From contig JAQBXR010000013.1 in NCBI GenBank assembly GCA_027623295.1, positions 3,250 to 67,249 on the forward strand: a DNA stretch of 64,000 nt, written 5' to 3'. A program made the translations under genes and the position numbers. Positions 10,705 to 18,803 of the stretch are shown here, in pieces (position 1 is the stretch's first letter; each line of letters starts with the position of its first letter). A model generated the notes under the pieces. The model did not search any database and was not told the DNA's origin. It saw nothing but the letters and a program-made list of their open reading frames with translations. The DNA is from Planctomycetota bacterium. Lineage in GTDB: Bacteria > Planctomycetota > UBA1135.

Positions 10705-12105
10705 ATGCTTTCCAGGGAAGAGCTACGTGCGGCCCTGCAGGACCGAGGACTATCCCAAGTCTGGCTTCCCGCGGAACAAATTGGACCCGAGACGGTAAAT
10801 CGTCTCGAGGGTGACTTATTGCAAATTGATTGGGAGCTCTTCGACCGCCAACGCAAAGCCTTGCGGCGGTCGAAGGAGCGCACGCTTCCGGTAATTACGC
10901 CTCCTACACTGGTGAACCCGTCCAAGAAGGATGGTTCCCTAGAACAAAGTGCGGCGCGAGAAATGGGCGAAGCCGCCTTGCGCGAAGGCGGTGTAGCCAT
11001 CCTCACCGTGGCTGGCGGTCAAGCCTCCCGGCTTGGCTTTGAAGGTCCTAAGGGGGCCTTTCCACTGGGGAACATAAGTGGCGCAAGCTTGTTCCAAATC
11101 ATGGCCGGGCAAATCCGTCGCATGCGCGAAGTTTATGCATGCAACTTGCTTTGGATCATTCAAACGGGTCCAGGCAATCATGAAGAGACCAAAGCTTTCT
11201 TTGAGAAACGAAATCACTTTGGCCTTGGCGCTGCAAGCATGCGTTTCGTTTGCCAAGGAACCTTACCGGCCTTGAGCCCCAAAGGACAGCTTCTGTTAAC
11301 CGCACCGGACAAGTTGTTCCGCAACCCAGACGGACATGGAGGCGTTTATCGCGCCATGAAAATGTCCGGCACACTTGCGGAGTTACGCAAACTGCAAGTC
11401 CACACTTTATTCTATTGCCAGGTCGACAATCCATTGGCATGGATTGGGGATCCCGTTTTCATCGGACATCATCTCCAACAAGAAGCACGCATGTCGGTCA
11501 AGGTCGTTGAGAAAACTAATCCAACCGAAAAAGTTGGACTCGTAGTTGCCGATGGAGACCGAAATACTTGCGTGGAATACTCCGACCTGGCGGAAGAGAT
11601 TCAGGCGGAACGCGCTGCCGACGGGGGATTGAAGTATCGCGCTGGCAACATAGCGATTCATGCCTTCTCTTTGGACTTTATGGAAGAAATGGCGGAAGCG
11701 AACCTGCCACTGCATCTTGCACGCAAAGAGATTTATTGCTTATCCTCCGACGGTGTCACCTTGGCGCCTCGCGATGGCGTGAAATTTGAATCCTTCGTCT
11801 TCGACGCCTTGCCTTTGGCGCGTAAATCCGTGGTCCAACTTGCACTGCGCGAAGAAGAATTTGCACCGGTGAAGAATCGTGAAGGTGTAGATTCCATTCA
11901 AACATCCCGCGAATCATTGACCGCTCGAAGCAAGGATTGGATTGAGATTGCACAGATAGGTGCACCGTTCACGCTATCCAGCAAGGTAGTGGAAATAGAA
12001 AGTGGACTTTGTTTGGGACCCGCTGATCTCACATCCAGAAAACAATCCCTCGAGTGGTTTTGCAACAATCAAATTCTCGGTCTAAAACGCCGGGTTGACG
12101 GTTGA
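10705..12105 (+). CDS. UDPGP-family nucleotidyltransferase (UDP-N-acetylglucosamine pyrophosphorylase-like)
   Basis: VAGGQASRLGFEGPKG, PDGHGG, QVDNPL, EKVG, VEYSDL, KFESFVFD, EEFAPVKN. These are motifs of the UAP1/AGX-type family. Confidence 0.9.
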   Translation: MLSREELRAALQDRGLSQVWLPAEQIGPETVNRLEGDLLQIDWELFDRQRKALRRSKERTLPVITPPTLVNPSKKDGSLEQSAAREMGEAALREGGVAILTVAGGQASRLGFEGPKGAFPLGNISGASLFQIMAGQIRRMREVYACNLLWIIQTGPGNHEETKAFFEKRNHFGLGAASMRFVCQGTLPALSPKGQLLLTAPDKLFRNPDGHGGVYRAMKMSGTLAELRKLQVHTLFYCQVDNPLAWIGDPVFIGHHLQQEARMSVKVVEKTNPTEKVGLVVADGDRNTCVEYSDLAEEIQAERAADGGLKYRAGNIAIHAFSLDFMEEMAEANLPLHLARKEIYCLSSDGVTLAPRDGVKFESFVFDALPLARKSVVQLALREEEFAPVKNREGVDSIQTSRESLTARSKDWIEIAQIGAPFTLSSKVVEIESGLCLGPADLTSRKQSLEWFCNNQILGLKRRVDG

Positions 12106-12143
12106 CCTAGACCAACGGCGCTGAGAACATACGCGCCTTCGTT

Positions 12144-12229
12144 GCCGGAGTGGCGGAATGGCAGACGCGATGGATTCAAAATCCATTTCTCGCAAGGGAG
12201 TGGGGGTTCAAGTCCCCCCTCCGGCACCA
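12144..12229 (+). tRNA. tRNA-Leu (anticodon CAA)
   Basis: Acceptor stem GCCGGAG/CTCCGGC followed by A-CCA. D-loop GGAATGGCAGAC, anticodon arm ATGGA-TTCAAAA-TCCAT, long variable arm, T-loop GGTTCAAGTCC. Confidence 0.97.
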
Positions 12230-12296
12230 TTTTTAAGCAGGCTTGAATTGCCTCACAGAAACTGGGTATATTTTTAGCTTGAGCAATCCTGGACCC

Positions 12297-12863
12297 ATGT
12301 CGCAGCCCTTCCAACCTCTACTAGACGATTTAGTTGATCGCTGTTTCAGTATTACCCTGCATCGCTTACGGGGTGTCCGCGGACTGATTAGCGGTTGGAT
12401 TGAAATCGGCATCCCAGAAGGGGAGGAGCATCGGCTCCGCGAACGCATGGAGGAGGACCTCATCCTGCTCGCCCGTTTAGATTGGCTGCGCTCAATCATG
12501 CACCATGCGCCACCTATCCAGCGTTGTTTTGCAGGGGAGGCCCCACAGGTGTTGCTCGCTGCAGGACTAGGGGTTGGCACTCCGGAGGAAGCCGGTGAAC
12601 GGCTTCCAGACATCAAAGACCCAGAGGCTGCCGTTGCCCTTGCCTTATGGCTACAAGGCGCCACCGTGGCTTACGATTCCGCCTCGATTCGCCTGGAATG
12701 GTTTGGTAACCACCTGGAAGCGCGTTTGGCCGTAACCCAGGATCATGACTGGACAATATGGAAGAACCTATTCGGCCATCTTGTGGTTGAAATGGAACCG
12801 CATCGCATCCGATTCCGCACCAGCTGTTTTGCGCGCTGGAAAGAAATCAGCGCCTCACACTAA
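12297..12863 (+). CDS. Hypothetical protein
   Basis: ORF following the tRNA. In-frame ATG at 12297 chosen. No family recognised. Confidence 0.6.
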   Translation: MSQPFQPLLDDLVDRCFSITLHRLRGVRGLISGWIEIGIPEGEEHRLRERMEEDLILLARLDWLRSIMHHAPPIQRCFAGEAPQVLLAAGLGVGTPEEAGERLPDIKDPEAAVALALWLQGATVAYDSASIRLEWFGNHLEARLAVTQDHDWTIWKNLFGHLVVEMEPHRIRFRTSCFARWKEISASH

Positions 12864-12920
12864 TCTAGCTTGTCCTCGACCCATGGCCTAGAATCCCCTA
12901 AAATGAGGGGTTGAAGGACG

Positions 12921-14495
12921 ATGTCGGTACAGCACGAACAAGAAGATTTCCTCGCCCTGCTTCACGAGCTTGAAGCACGGTGCAAAGTAGACCCCTCTCT
13001 CAATCAGGAGTGGGAAGATGCACGCGCTGATTTCCTCAGTAAGAGCGGAGAAAACGTTCACACCGAGAATCGTTTTCGCGAATGGTTTTTGCTGGAACGT
13101 GTCTCGCCAACCTTAGGTTCACCACCAGCCGTTTTATGGGCTCCGGATGCACCCGAAGTCGATTCCATTTGGCATCGACTTCTAGACTCCTTTTATGGAA
13201 TTTTTCAAGGCATCGGTAATGACGACGAGGGTTTCCCGTTGCTGGAAGATCTTTGGAGCGGGCGTCAAATCCGGTTGATTGGCAGTCGCATGAAGATTGA
13301 CGATACGGGAGTCATGGTGGGTCGTGTCGCTGTGGGTGGGGAGGAACACCATGTACCTTTTCCTGGAACCGCATTCTTGATTGCCCCAGGCCTTGCCGAT
13401 GCTTTAGCTAAAGACCTATCGAGCATTCGTGCAAAACAACCTCGTTCACGGCTCTCCCAGCAACAATGCGAAAATCTGCTGTTGCCTTACAGGGTTGCCC
13501 AAGAAGAGGAAAATCAGTCCACCGAAGATTTCCAACAACAGCTTCGTGAGTTATTGGAAGACCAAAACAAGTGGGACATTCCACAAGTCATTGCCTTACT
13601 CGAAAAAGAAGGGCCGCAAGAAACCCTGAACCAGATTGCCTTTGATTCCGATATTGATTTGGAAGCCCTACGGCATTGCATCCATGGCTTAACCGCGCAG
13701 GGGTCGGACAACCCGATCAGCAGCAAGACTCCGGAGGAAGACCAAGACTACTTAGATCCGAAAGATGTCCTAGAGGCCTTGGAAGCATTCGATACAGCTA
13801 TAGAAAATGGCACGGACCTGGTTCAATCCTTTTCCGCTCTAGAAGAAAAACTAGGGTTCGAAGCGGGAACCAGTGACCCATATCAAGAAGTTCTAAACGA
13901 GGGCACTAGTGCGGAACCAGTAGGCACACAAGAAGCACCCGGTAGCGCCATGTGGATGGCAACCTATCTTTGGGAGCAGGAACAAATGGGAGCGCATCCG
14001 GGCCGAGAATCCCTGGAGGAGATCACCCATTTCCTTGAGTTCTTGCGCAACATATTCGGCCGCAACCTGGAAGCCGATGAAGTGCATCAACACCAAATTC
14101 TGGCCTATTTTTGTCAGGCAGAAAGCTCGGAAATTTTGACCGAACAACTTAGCCACCTAGAACCATTCCTCGCATGGCTGATAGAAGAACAAGGCGCCCT
14201 GATTCAAATGGATCAACCATCTCGAGAACTTATCCATCGGGTGGTTTCTGTGAACCAACACTGGTCTGGATCTGATTCCATCACTGGAAGCATGGCCATG
14301 GTGCAAGAGACGGACCCTTTACAGGTAGGCACCGATAGTGGAGATGCAGCCATCGTGATGGGTTGGCCGGAAGGGTTTGATTTCCAACCTGGAATTGGTG
14401 ATGCCCTGCGTGGCCAGTGGCGGCACGGCAAGTTTCAGATTGGAGCTTGGTTCCCGAAGGCCTTGATGCCAGCGGCAATCCCGACGCCGAGCTAG
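12921..14495 (+). CDS. Hypothetical acidic protein, 524 aa, with a possible tyrosine-recombinase-like SAM/core-binding helical domain
   Basis: Long ORF with GAAGGA upstream. The segment TYLWEQE..EEITHFLEFL..EADEVHQHQILAYF..LSHLEPFLAWLIEEQG follows the helix pattern of XerC/D N-terminal domains. No catalytic R-K-H-R-H-Y domain. Confidence 0.7.
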   Translation: MSVQHEQEDFLALLHELEARCKVDPSLNQEWEDARADFLSKSGENVHTENRFREWFLLERVSPTLGSPPAVLWAPDAPEVDSIWHRLLDSFYGIFQGIGNDDEGFPLLEDLWSGRQIRLIGSRMKIDDTGVMVGRVAVGGEEHHVPFPGTAFLIAPGLADALAKDLSSIRAKQPRSRLSQQQCENLLLPYRVAQEEENQSTEDFQQQLRELLEDQNKWDIPQVIALLEKEGPQETLNQIAFDSDIDLEALRHCIHGLTAQGSDNPISSKTPEEDQDYLDPKDVLEALEAFDTAIENGTDLVQSFSALEEKLGFEAGTSDPYQEVLNEGTSAEPVGTQEAPGSAMWMATYLWEQEQMGAHPGRESLEEITHFLEFLRNIFGRNLEADEVHQHQILAYFCQAESSEILTEQLSHLEPFLAWLIEEQGALIQMDQPSRELIHRVVSVNQHWSGSDSITGSMAMVQETDPLQVGTDSGDAAIVMGWPEGFDFQPGIGDALRGQWRHGKFQIGAWFPKALMPAAIPTPS

Positions 14496-14553
14496 TAGGG
14501 CTAAAGATTCAGGAAAGACACGTTCCCTTGGCTTCTGTTTCGCCCTCAACGTA

Positions 14554-14581
14554 ACGTCCGATAATATATATTATGTTGCGA
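14554..14581 (+). other. dif-like XerCD recombination site
   Basis: ACGTCCGATAA-TATATA-TTATGTTGCGA: 11 bp arm, 6 bp spacer, 11 bp arm. Matches the ..ATAA-N6-TTATGTT.. core of E. coli dif (GGTGCGCATAA TGTATA TTATGTTAAAT). Intergenic, between convergent genes. Confidence 0.75.
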
Positions 14582-14636
14582 TAATCCTATGGCGGGGAGG
14601 CTGTATGACCTTGAAATCAAGCTTTTTGACCCCTCT

Positions 14637-14680
14637 TGGGGATACTCCTGTGGATAACTGTGTGGATAACCCTGGGATAA
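14637..14680 (-). promoter_or_regulatory. Tandem DnaA-box array
   Basis: Perfect TGTGGATAA (TTATCCACA on the minus strand) at 14649-14657 and 14661-14669. Degenerate copies TGGGGATAC at 14637-14645 and CTGGGATAA at 14672-14680. Spacing 12, 12, 11 bp. Confidence 0.75.
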
Positions 14681-14708
14681 ACCGGCTACCGAGTTCTCAC
14701 AACGCCTT

Positions 14709-15308
14709 CTAGGTGCGGCCCAAGAATAAAACCTTGGCCTCGCCCATCGCGTTGTATTCCACGCAACTCACTGACCCTGTAGGAATAACCAGATCATCCC
14801 AGGCCGGCAAATCCAAATGCATGGCGTCCGCCAAAACAGCTCTGATTGGAAACATATGCGATACCAGAGCAACCGCGCCATCGCCGGAATGCTCCTGAAC
14901 GATGTCAGTGAGACACGCCAAAACCCTAGTTCGCAAGTCACCTAAAGATTCGCCCTCATGGGCACGCCAATTCCAAGGATCCAGGCGATGCGATTCCCGG
15001 TCTGCTGGATATTGGGCATCTACCTCATTTGGGGTCTTACCAATCCAGCGTCCGCGGGCGATTTCCTTGAGGCCCTCGAGGCTTCTGATTTCCATGTCCA
15101 TGCGGCCAGCCCTCACCTGTTCGGCCCCAAATTGAGCTCGGCTCAAGGGACTTGCGTAAAGTGCCTGAAGAGGAATGGCTTGCAGTTGTACCGCTGCATT
15201 TTTAGCCTCTATACGGCCCTGCGGACTCAAATCCACCTCGGTGCCGCCATAAAAGGACCCATGCCGAGCTGGGCTGACCGCCCCATGTCGAATCAAAAAA
15301 AGACGCAT
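14709..15308 (-). CDS. Histidine phosphatase family protein (phosphoglycerate mutase/CobC-like)
   Basis: MRLFLIRHG, LYASPLSRA, LKEIARGRWIG, GES, LVSH. Start moved to ATG 15308. Confidence 0.9.
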   Translation of the reverse strand: MRLFLIRHGAVSPARHGSFYGGTEVDLSPQGRIEAKNAAVQLQAIPLQALYASPLSRAQFGAEQVRAGRMDMEIRSLEGLKEIARGRWIGKTPNEVDAQYPADRESHRLDPWNWRAHEGESLGDLRTRVLACLTDIVQEHSGDGAVALVSHMFPIRAVLADAMHLDLPAWDDLVIPTGSVSCVEYNAMGEAKVLFLGRT

Positions 15309-15448
15309 TGCTCTTAAATATACTCTCCAATCCGAGGAAATCAACCAAAAGTGTTCCTGGAAAGGAACCATATGGCTTTTTCAGCCGGGTTTCAGGTTGG
15401 TACAATCTTTGCAATAGTCCTTTGCCTCTAAACCCGAGGAAACTAATC

Positions 15449-17464
15449 ATGAAACGCTGGTACCTGATTTTCACTCTTGCGGCTGGATTCATATTCAGTT
15501 CCGCAGACCTCTCCGCCCACGGTGGAACCTATAAAGGCCCCGGGGATACCGTGCCGCCTGGAGGCGGTGGTGCCTCGCCTGCTGCTCCGAGTTCACCAAG
15601 CTCCCCCAGCTCGCCGAGTACTCCAAGCTCTCCAAGCTCACCATCCACTCCGGCAACCCCGGCGACCCCAGCAACCCCAGGTGGCCCTGCCACTCCGGGC
15701 GCTTCTCCAACCACCGGTGGCGGTGACGCTTTAGGGGCTGACCTCAGTACTTGGGTGTTCTGGTGGGAGTTCAACAAAGACCGCTTTCTTAACCTGAAAG
15801 CAAAGGTCCACGGTGCTGCAACTGTGACCGATGGTGCAGGCCCCTTAGCTGGCCTTGGTGCTGGTGCCCAAGTGGCTAACACTTTGGCTCCAACCACTCC
15901 TCAAATTCAGAACATCATTGTTCCTGCATTGTTCGACCTTATCGAGAAAGAGGATGATCGTGACATTGCAACTGCAACGATGATTGCGTTGGCCAAAATT
16001 GGCTTCCGCGCGGATGACGCACGCAAGGTGTTCGAGAAGCATCTCGACTCCCCGGTTCAGGAAGTTTCTGAGACCGCTGCTCTAGCTTACGGCATCATGA
16101 AAGATGAAGGCGCAATCCCTGCGCTGGAACTTCTTCTGCGGGACAGCAAAGAAGGTCAATCCATGACTGGCGGTTTGGAAGTAGATCTCCGCACCCGCAC
16201 CTTCTCCGCTTACGGCCTGGCACTCATCGCTCGTGAATCTACCAGCGAAGAAGTCAAGCAAAGTGTTGCAGACACTCTCTACGATATCTTAGTCACTGAC
16301 GATTCGGCAATCAAAGACATTCGCGTGGCCTGTGTCATTGGTATTGGAGTTCTAGATCTTACGGAACCAACCGAAATGGTACGTAAGCTTAGTGCGCTGT
16401 TGGATGAGCAAAAAATGGACGAATTGGTTCTTGCTCACATTCCAAACGCAATGGCAAAGTTGTTGCGTAACTTGCCAGCTGGCGACGCAACCCGCGATGC
16501 CACTATCGATCAGTTCATCAAGATTCTCAACAACAAGCCTAAGCGCAAGACGATGGTGCGTCAGTCTACGATTCAGGCTGTAGGTATGCTTGCTGTTGCG
16601 GGTGACCCTCGCAACGAAGATATCTTTGACATCCTTGTGCATCAGCAGAAGAAGGGCAAGGATCAGCAGCTCAAGCACTACACTGCCATCTCCATGGCCT
16701 ACCTCGGCGTTGCCGATAAAGGTAAGACTCGTGACGATGTCACCAAGTTCTTGGTCGACAACATGGTTAAGTCCAGCACTCCATACGAGCCTTGGTGCGG
16801 TCTTGCACTAGGCGTTATGGCCTTCATGCTAAACGAAAACGGTGAAGCCATTAGCCCATTGGTCATGGAGGCAACCTTGACCAAATTCAACAAGACTCGC
16901 TCTCCTGAACCGAAAGGGGCTTACGCAATCGCTCTCGGCCTGATGAAAAACGAAACTGCTAAGACGGATCTTCGGGTAGCTCTTGAAGAGTTCCGTGAGT
17001 CTCAGTTCCGTGGCTACACCGCCATTTCCCTTGGCCTTCTCAATGCTCGTGAATACATGGGTTATGTCGGCGAAGTTGTCGACGAAGCTAAGCGCGATCC
17101 AGACCTGCTCAAGCAAGCCAGTATCGGCCTCGGACTAATGAAGGATCGCAATGCAGTGACCAAGCTCTTGGCCTACCTCGCTCCAGAGGATGGCACGAAG
17201 CCTCGTCTTGCAGTGCTTTCTTCGGTCGCAACTGCCCTGGGTTTCATTGGTGACAAGAGTTCGGTTCAACCGCTCGTCGATACCATGGGCAATGATCGCC
17301 TGACTGAACTTGGTAGGGCTTTCGCCTCGGTTTCTCTTGGAATGGTTGCTGACCAGGGCGCCATGCCTTGGAACTCGGTGTTCGGTGAAGACCTGAACTA
17401 CCGCGCTGCCGTGGCCACCTTGATTGACCAACAAACCGGCACCGGCATCCTCGACATTCTATAA
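15449..17464 (+). CDS. Secreted HEAT/PC-like repeat protein with Pro/Ser/Thr-rich N-terminal linker
   Basis: GAGGA upstream of ATG 15449. Signal peptide MKRWYLIFTLAAGFIFSSADLSA, PSS/PAT repeats, then repeated A(I/L)xLGL helical units. Confidence 0.85.
   Translation: MKRWYLIFTLAAGFIFSSADLSAHGGTYKGPGDTVPPGGGGASPAAPSSPSSPSSPSTPSSPSSPSTPATPATPATPGGPATPGASPTTGGGDALGADLSTWVFWWEFNKDRFLNLKAKVHGAATVTDGAGPLAGLGAGAQVANTLAPTTPQIQNIIVPALFDLIEKEDDRDIATATMIALAKIGFRADDARKVFEKHLDSPVQEVSETAALAYGIMKDEGAIPALELLLRDSKEGQSMTGGLEVDLRTRTFSAYGLALIARESTSEEVKQSVADTLYDILVTDDSAIKDIRVACVIGIGVLDLTEPTEMVRKLSALLDEQKMDELVLAHIPNAMAKLLRNLPAGDATRDATIDQFIKILNNKPKRKTMVRQSTIQAVGMLAVAGDPRNEDIFDILVHQQKKGKDQQLKHYTAISMAYLGVADKGKTRDDVTKFLVDNMVKSSTPYEPWCGLALGVMAFMLNENGEAISPLVMEATLTKFNKTRSPEPKGAYAIALGLMKNETAKTDLRVALEEFRESQFRGYTAISLGLLNAREYMGYVGEVVDEAKRDPDLLKQASIGLGLMKDRNAVTKLLAYLAPEDGTKPRLAVLSSVATALGFIGDKSSVQPLVDTMGNDRLTELGRAFASVSLGMVADQGAMPWNSVFGEDLNYRAAVATLIDQQTGTGILDIL
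15587..15697 (+). repeat. Coding tripeptide repeat (PSS/PST then PAT)
   Basis: PSSPSSPSSPSTPSSPSSPSTPATPATPATPGGPATP. 9-nt periodicity with diverged synonymous codons. Confidence 0.85.
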
Positions 17465-17495
17465 GGCAAAGCCGCGCCCTTCTTTGGGCTACTTT

Positions 17496-17536
17496 CGGAG
17501 GAGACGCAAATGCGTCTCCTCCGTTTCCCATTTTTT
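17496..17536. terminator. Rho-independent terminator between convergent genes
   Basis: Perfect stem CGGAGGAGACGC-AAAT-GCGTCTCCTCCG followed by TTTCCCATTTTTT. Confidence 0.8.
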
Positions 17537-17544
17537 AGCTAGAG

Positions 17545-18291
17545 CTAATTGCCGTCGTCGAACTGGAATTCGGCAACGAGTTCGCGAAACTCGAGAACAA
17601 CCATCTGGCCATTTTCATCTTTAGCAACAACTTGGGCAGCGTCATCTTCGACACGTTTGATGCGGCATGGGCCACGACGTGGGGAAATGATGGCATCGCC
17701 TGGGTTGAGCCAAGGCAAGTCTGCTTCCTGGATCTCTAAGCCGTGGTCAACCAGGTCGTCCGGGTGAGGCTCGCCGGCTAATCCGAATAGGTCGCCTGAG
17801 TCTTGCTCCCATTGGCGGCCCGATGAAGTTACTACCCGCTCTCCGGGCATGACGACATCGACCATCGGTTCAGGCGCGGGTTCAGGCGCGGGAGCGGGAG
17901 CGGGTTCAGGCGCGGGAGCGGGAACTACCTCCTGAAGTTTTGGCCTACCCGCCAACATGCGCATCAAGTCTTCTGCATATTCGCGCAGAACCACGTCCTT
18001 AGTGACATCAACCTGTAACTCCAAACGACCCTGGGCTGGTTTTCCTACCTCGCGCAAATAAGCACTTTCGGGCATGGCCAAGACATCCCACCAGATCTCC
18101 TTGAGGAAGCTTAGTCCCAGCTGCCTGGAGTGTTCCCACTGTAAAGCGGCAACGTTGCCGCCCGATGCCAGCATTCTCTTCAGCAGAGCATCGAGAGTGC
18201 CATTGGGGAGCTCGCGTGTGACTTCCCCACCACCTGGGCGAAAAAGCAACAACTGGTCTGGTTTTGCTGTGCGGCGTAGAAAAGCGCTCAT
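17545..18291 (-). CDS. Hypothetical protein with PAPE linker and C-terminal Tudor/SH3-like domain
   Basis: ATG 18291 overlaps the upstream stop (ATGA). PAPAPEPAPAPAPEPAPEP linker, C-terminal LNPGDAIISPRRGPCRIKRV. Confidence 0.7.
   Translation of the reverse strand: MSAFLRRTAKPDQLLLFRPGGGEVTRELPNGTLDALLKRMLASGGNVAALQWEHSRQLGLSFLKEIWWDVLAMPESAYLREVGKPAQGRLELQVDVTKDVVLREYAEDLMRMLAGRPKLQEVVPAPAPEPAPAPAPEPAPEPMVDVVMPGERVVTSSGRQWEQDSGDLFGLAGEPHPDDLVDHGLEIQEADLPWLNPGDAIISPRRGPCRIKRVEDDAAQVVAKDENGQMVVLEFRELVAEFQFDDGN
17866..17923 (-). repeat. Near-perfect tandem DNA repeat encoding (PA/PE)n
   Basis: Repeated TTCAGGCGCGGG and GAGCGG units on the + strand. Confidence 0.8.
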
Positions 18292-18803
18292 GGCAATAGG
18301 CGCACCGCACCTGTTGCCAACAACAACAAAAGCAAAACCGAGCCCAGCGGATACCAACTGGTCGAAGCTGCACGATCATGCACATACTGGCGACGGGTTT
18401 CAGCCGTGCCTAAATAGGCCTGCACCGACTTTACGGAACGAGTCTCGGTATCCACCCGTCCGGAAAAACGCTTCAGCCAAACATCGGATCGATCGCGACC
18501 TGCGGCAAAATTTGTGGGATTCCAGCAATCGGCTTGCATTGCGAAACGCAAGGCGTCGGGATGCTCCTCGGTAAGGTTGATGATTTCCTTGCGCACTTCG
18601 CCTTCTGCACCTGACCGTAAATATACAAAAGCACGTTCCAGGATGACCAACTCATCGGCACGACGCGAAGCCGGCAAGGCTTCCCATTCCAAATGCAATT
18701 GCAACAATTGCTTTGCATCTACTGGAACCGCCGAAGAATCTTGCGCCAACACCACGGAAGGCACAGCAAAAAAGGCGCACAGGAAAAGCAGTAAGCTCTT
18801 CAC
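18288..18803 (-). CDS. Hypothetical exported membrane-anchored protein
   Basis: GTG start at 18803 overlaps the previous stop. N-terminal signal peptide (..VVLA-QD) and C-terminal hydrophobic helix. Confidence 0.7.
   Translation of the reverse strand: MKSLLLFLCAFFAVPSVVLAQDSSAVPVDAKQLLQLHLEWEALPASRRADELVILERAFVYLRSGAEGEVRKEIINLTEEHPDALRFAMQADCWNPTNFAAGRDRSDVWLKRFSGRVDTETRSVKSVQAYLGTAETRRQYVHDRAASTSWYPLGSVLLLLLLATGAVRLLP

Noticed and set aside
12144-14581. Genomic island integrated at tRNA-Leu and bounded by the dif-like site
   Set aside because: I saw no duplicated tRNA 3' end, no catalytic integrase, rep or transposase gene, and no obvious compositional shift.
14637-14680. CRISPR array or iteron repeats
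   Set aside because: The units are 9 bp with 2-3 bp gaps and match the DnaA box. There are no spacers and no cas or rep genes.
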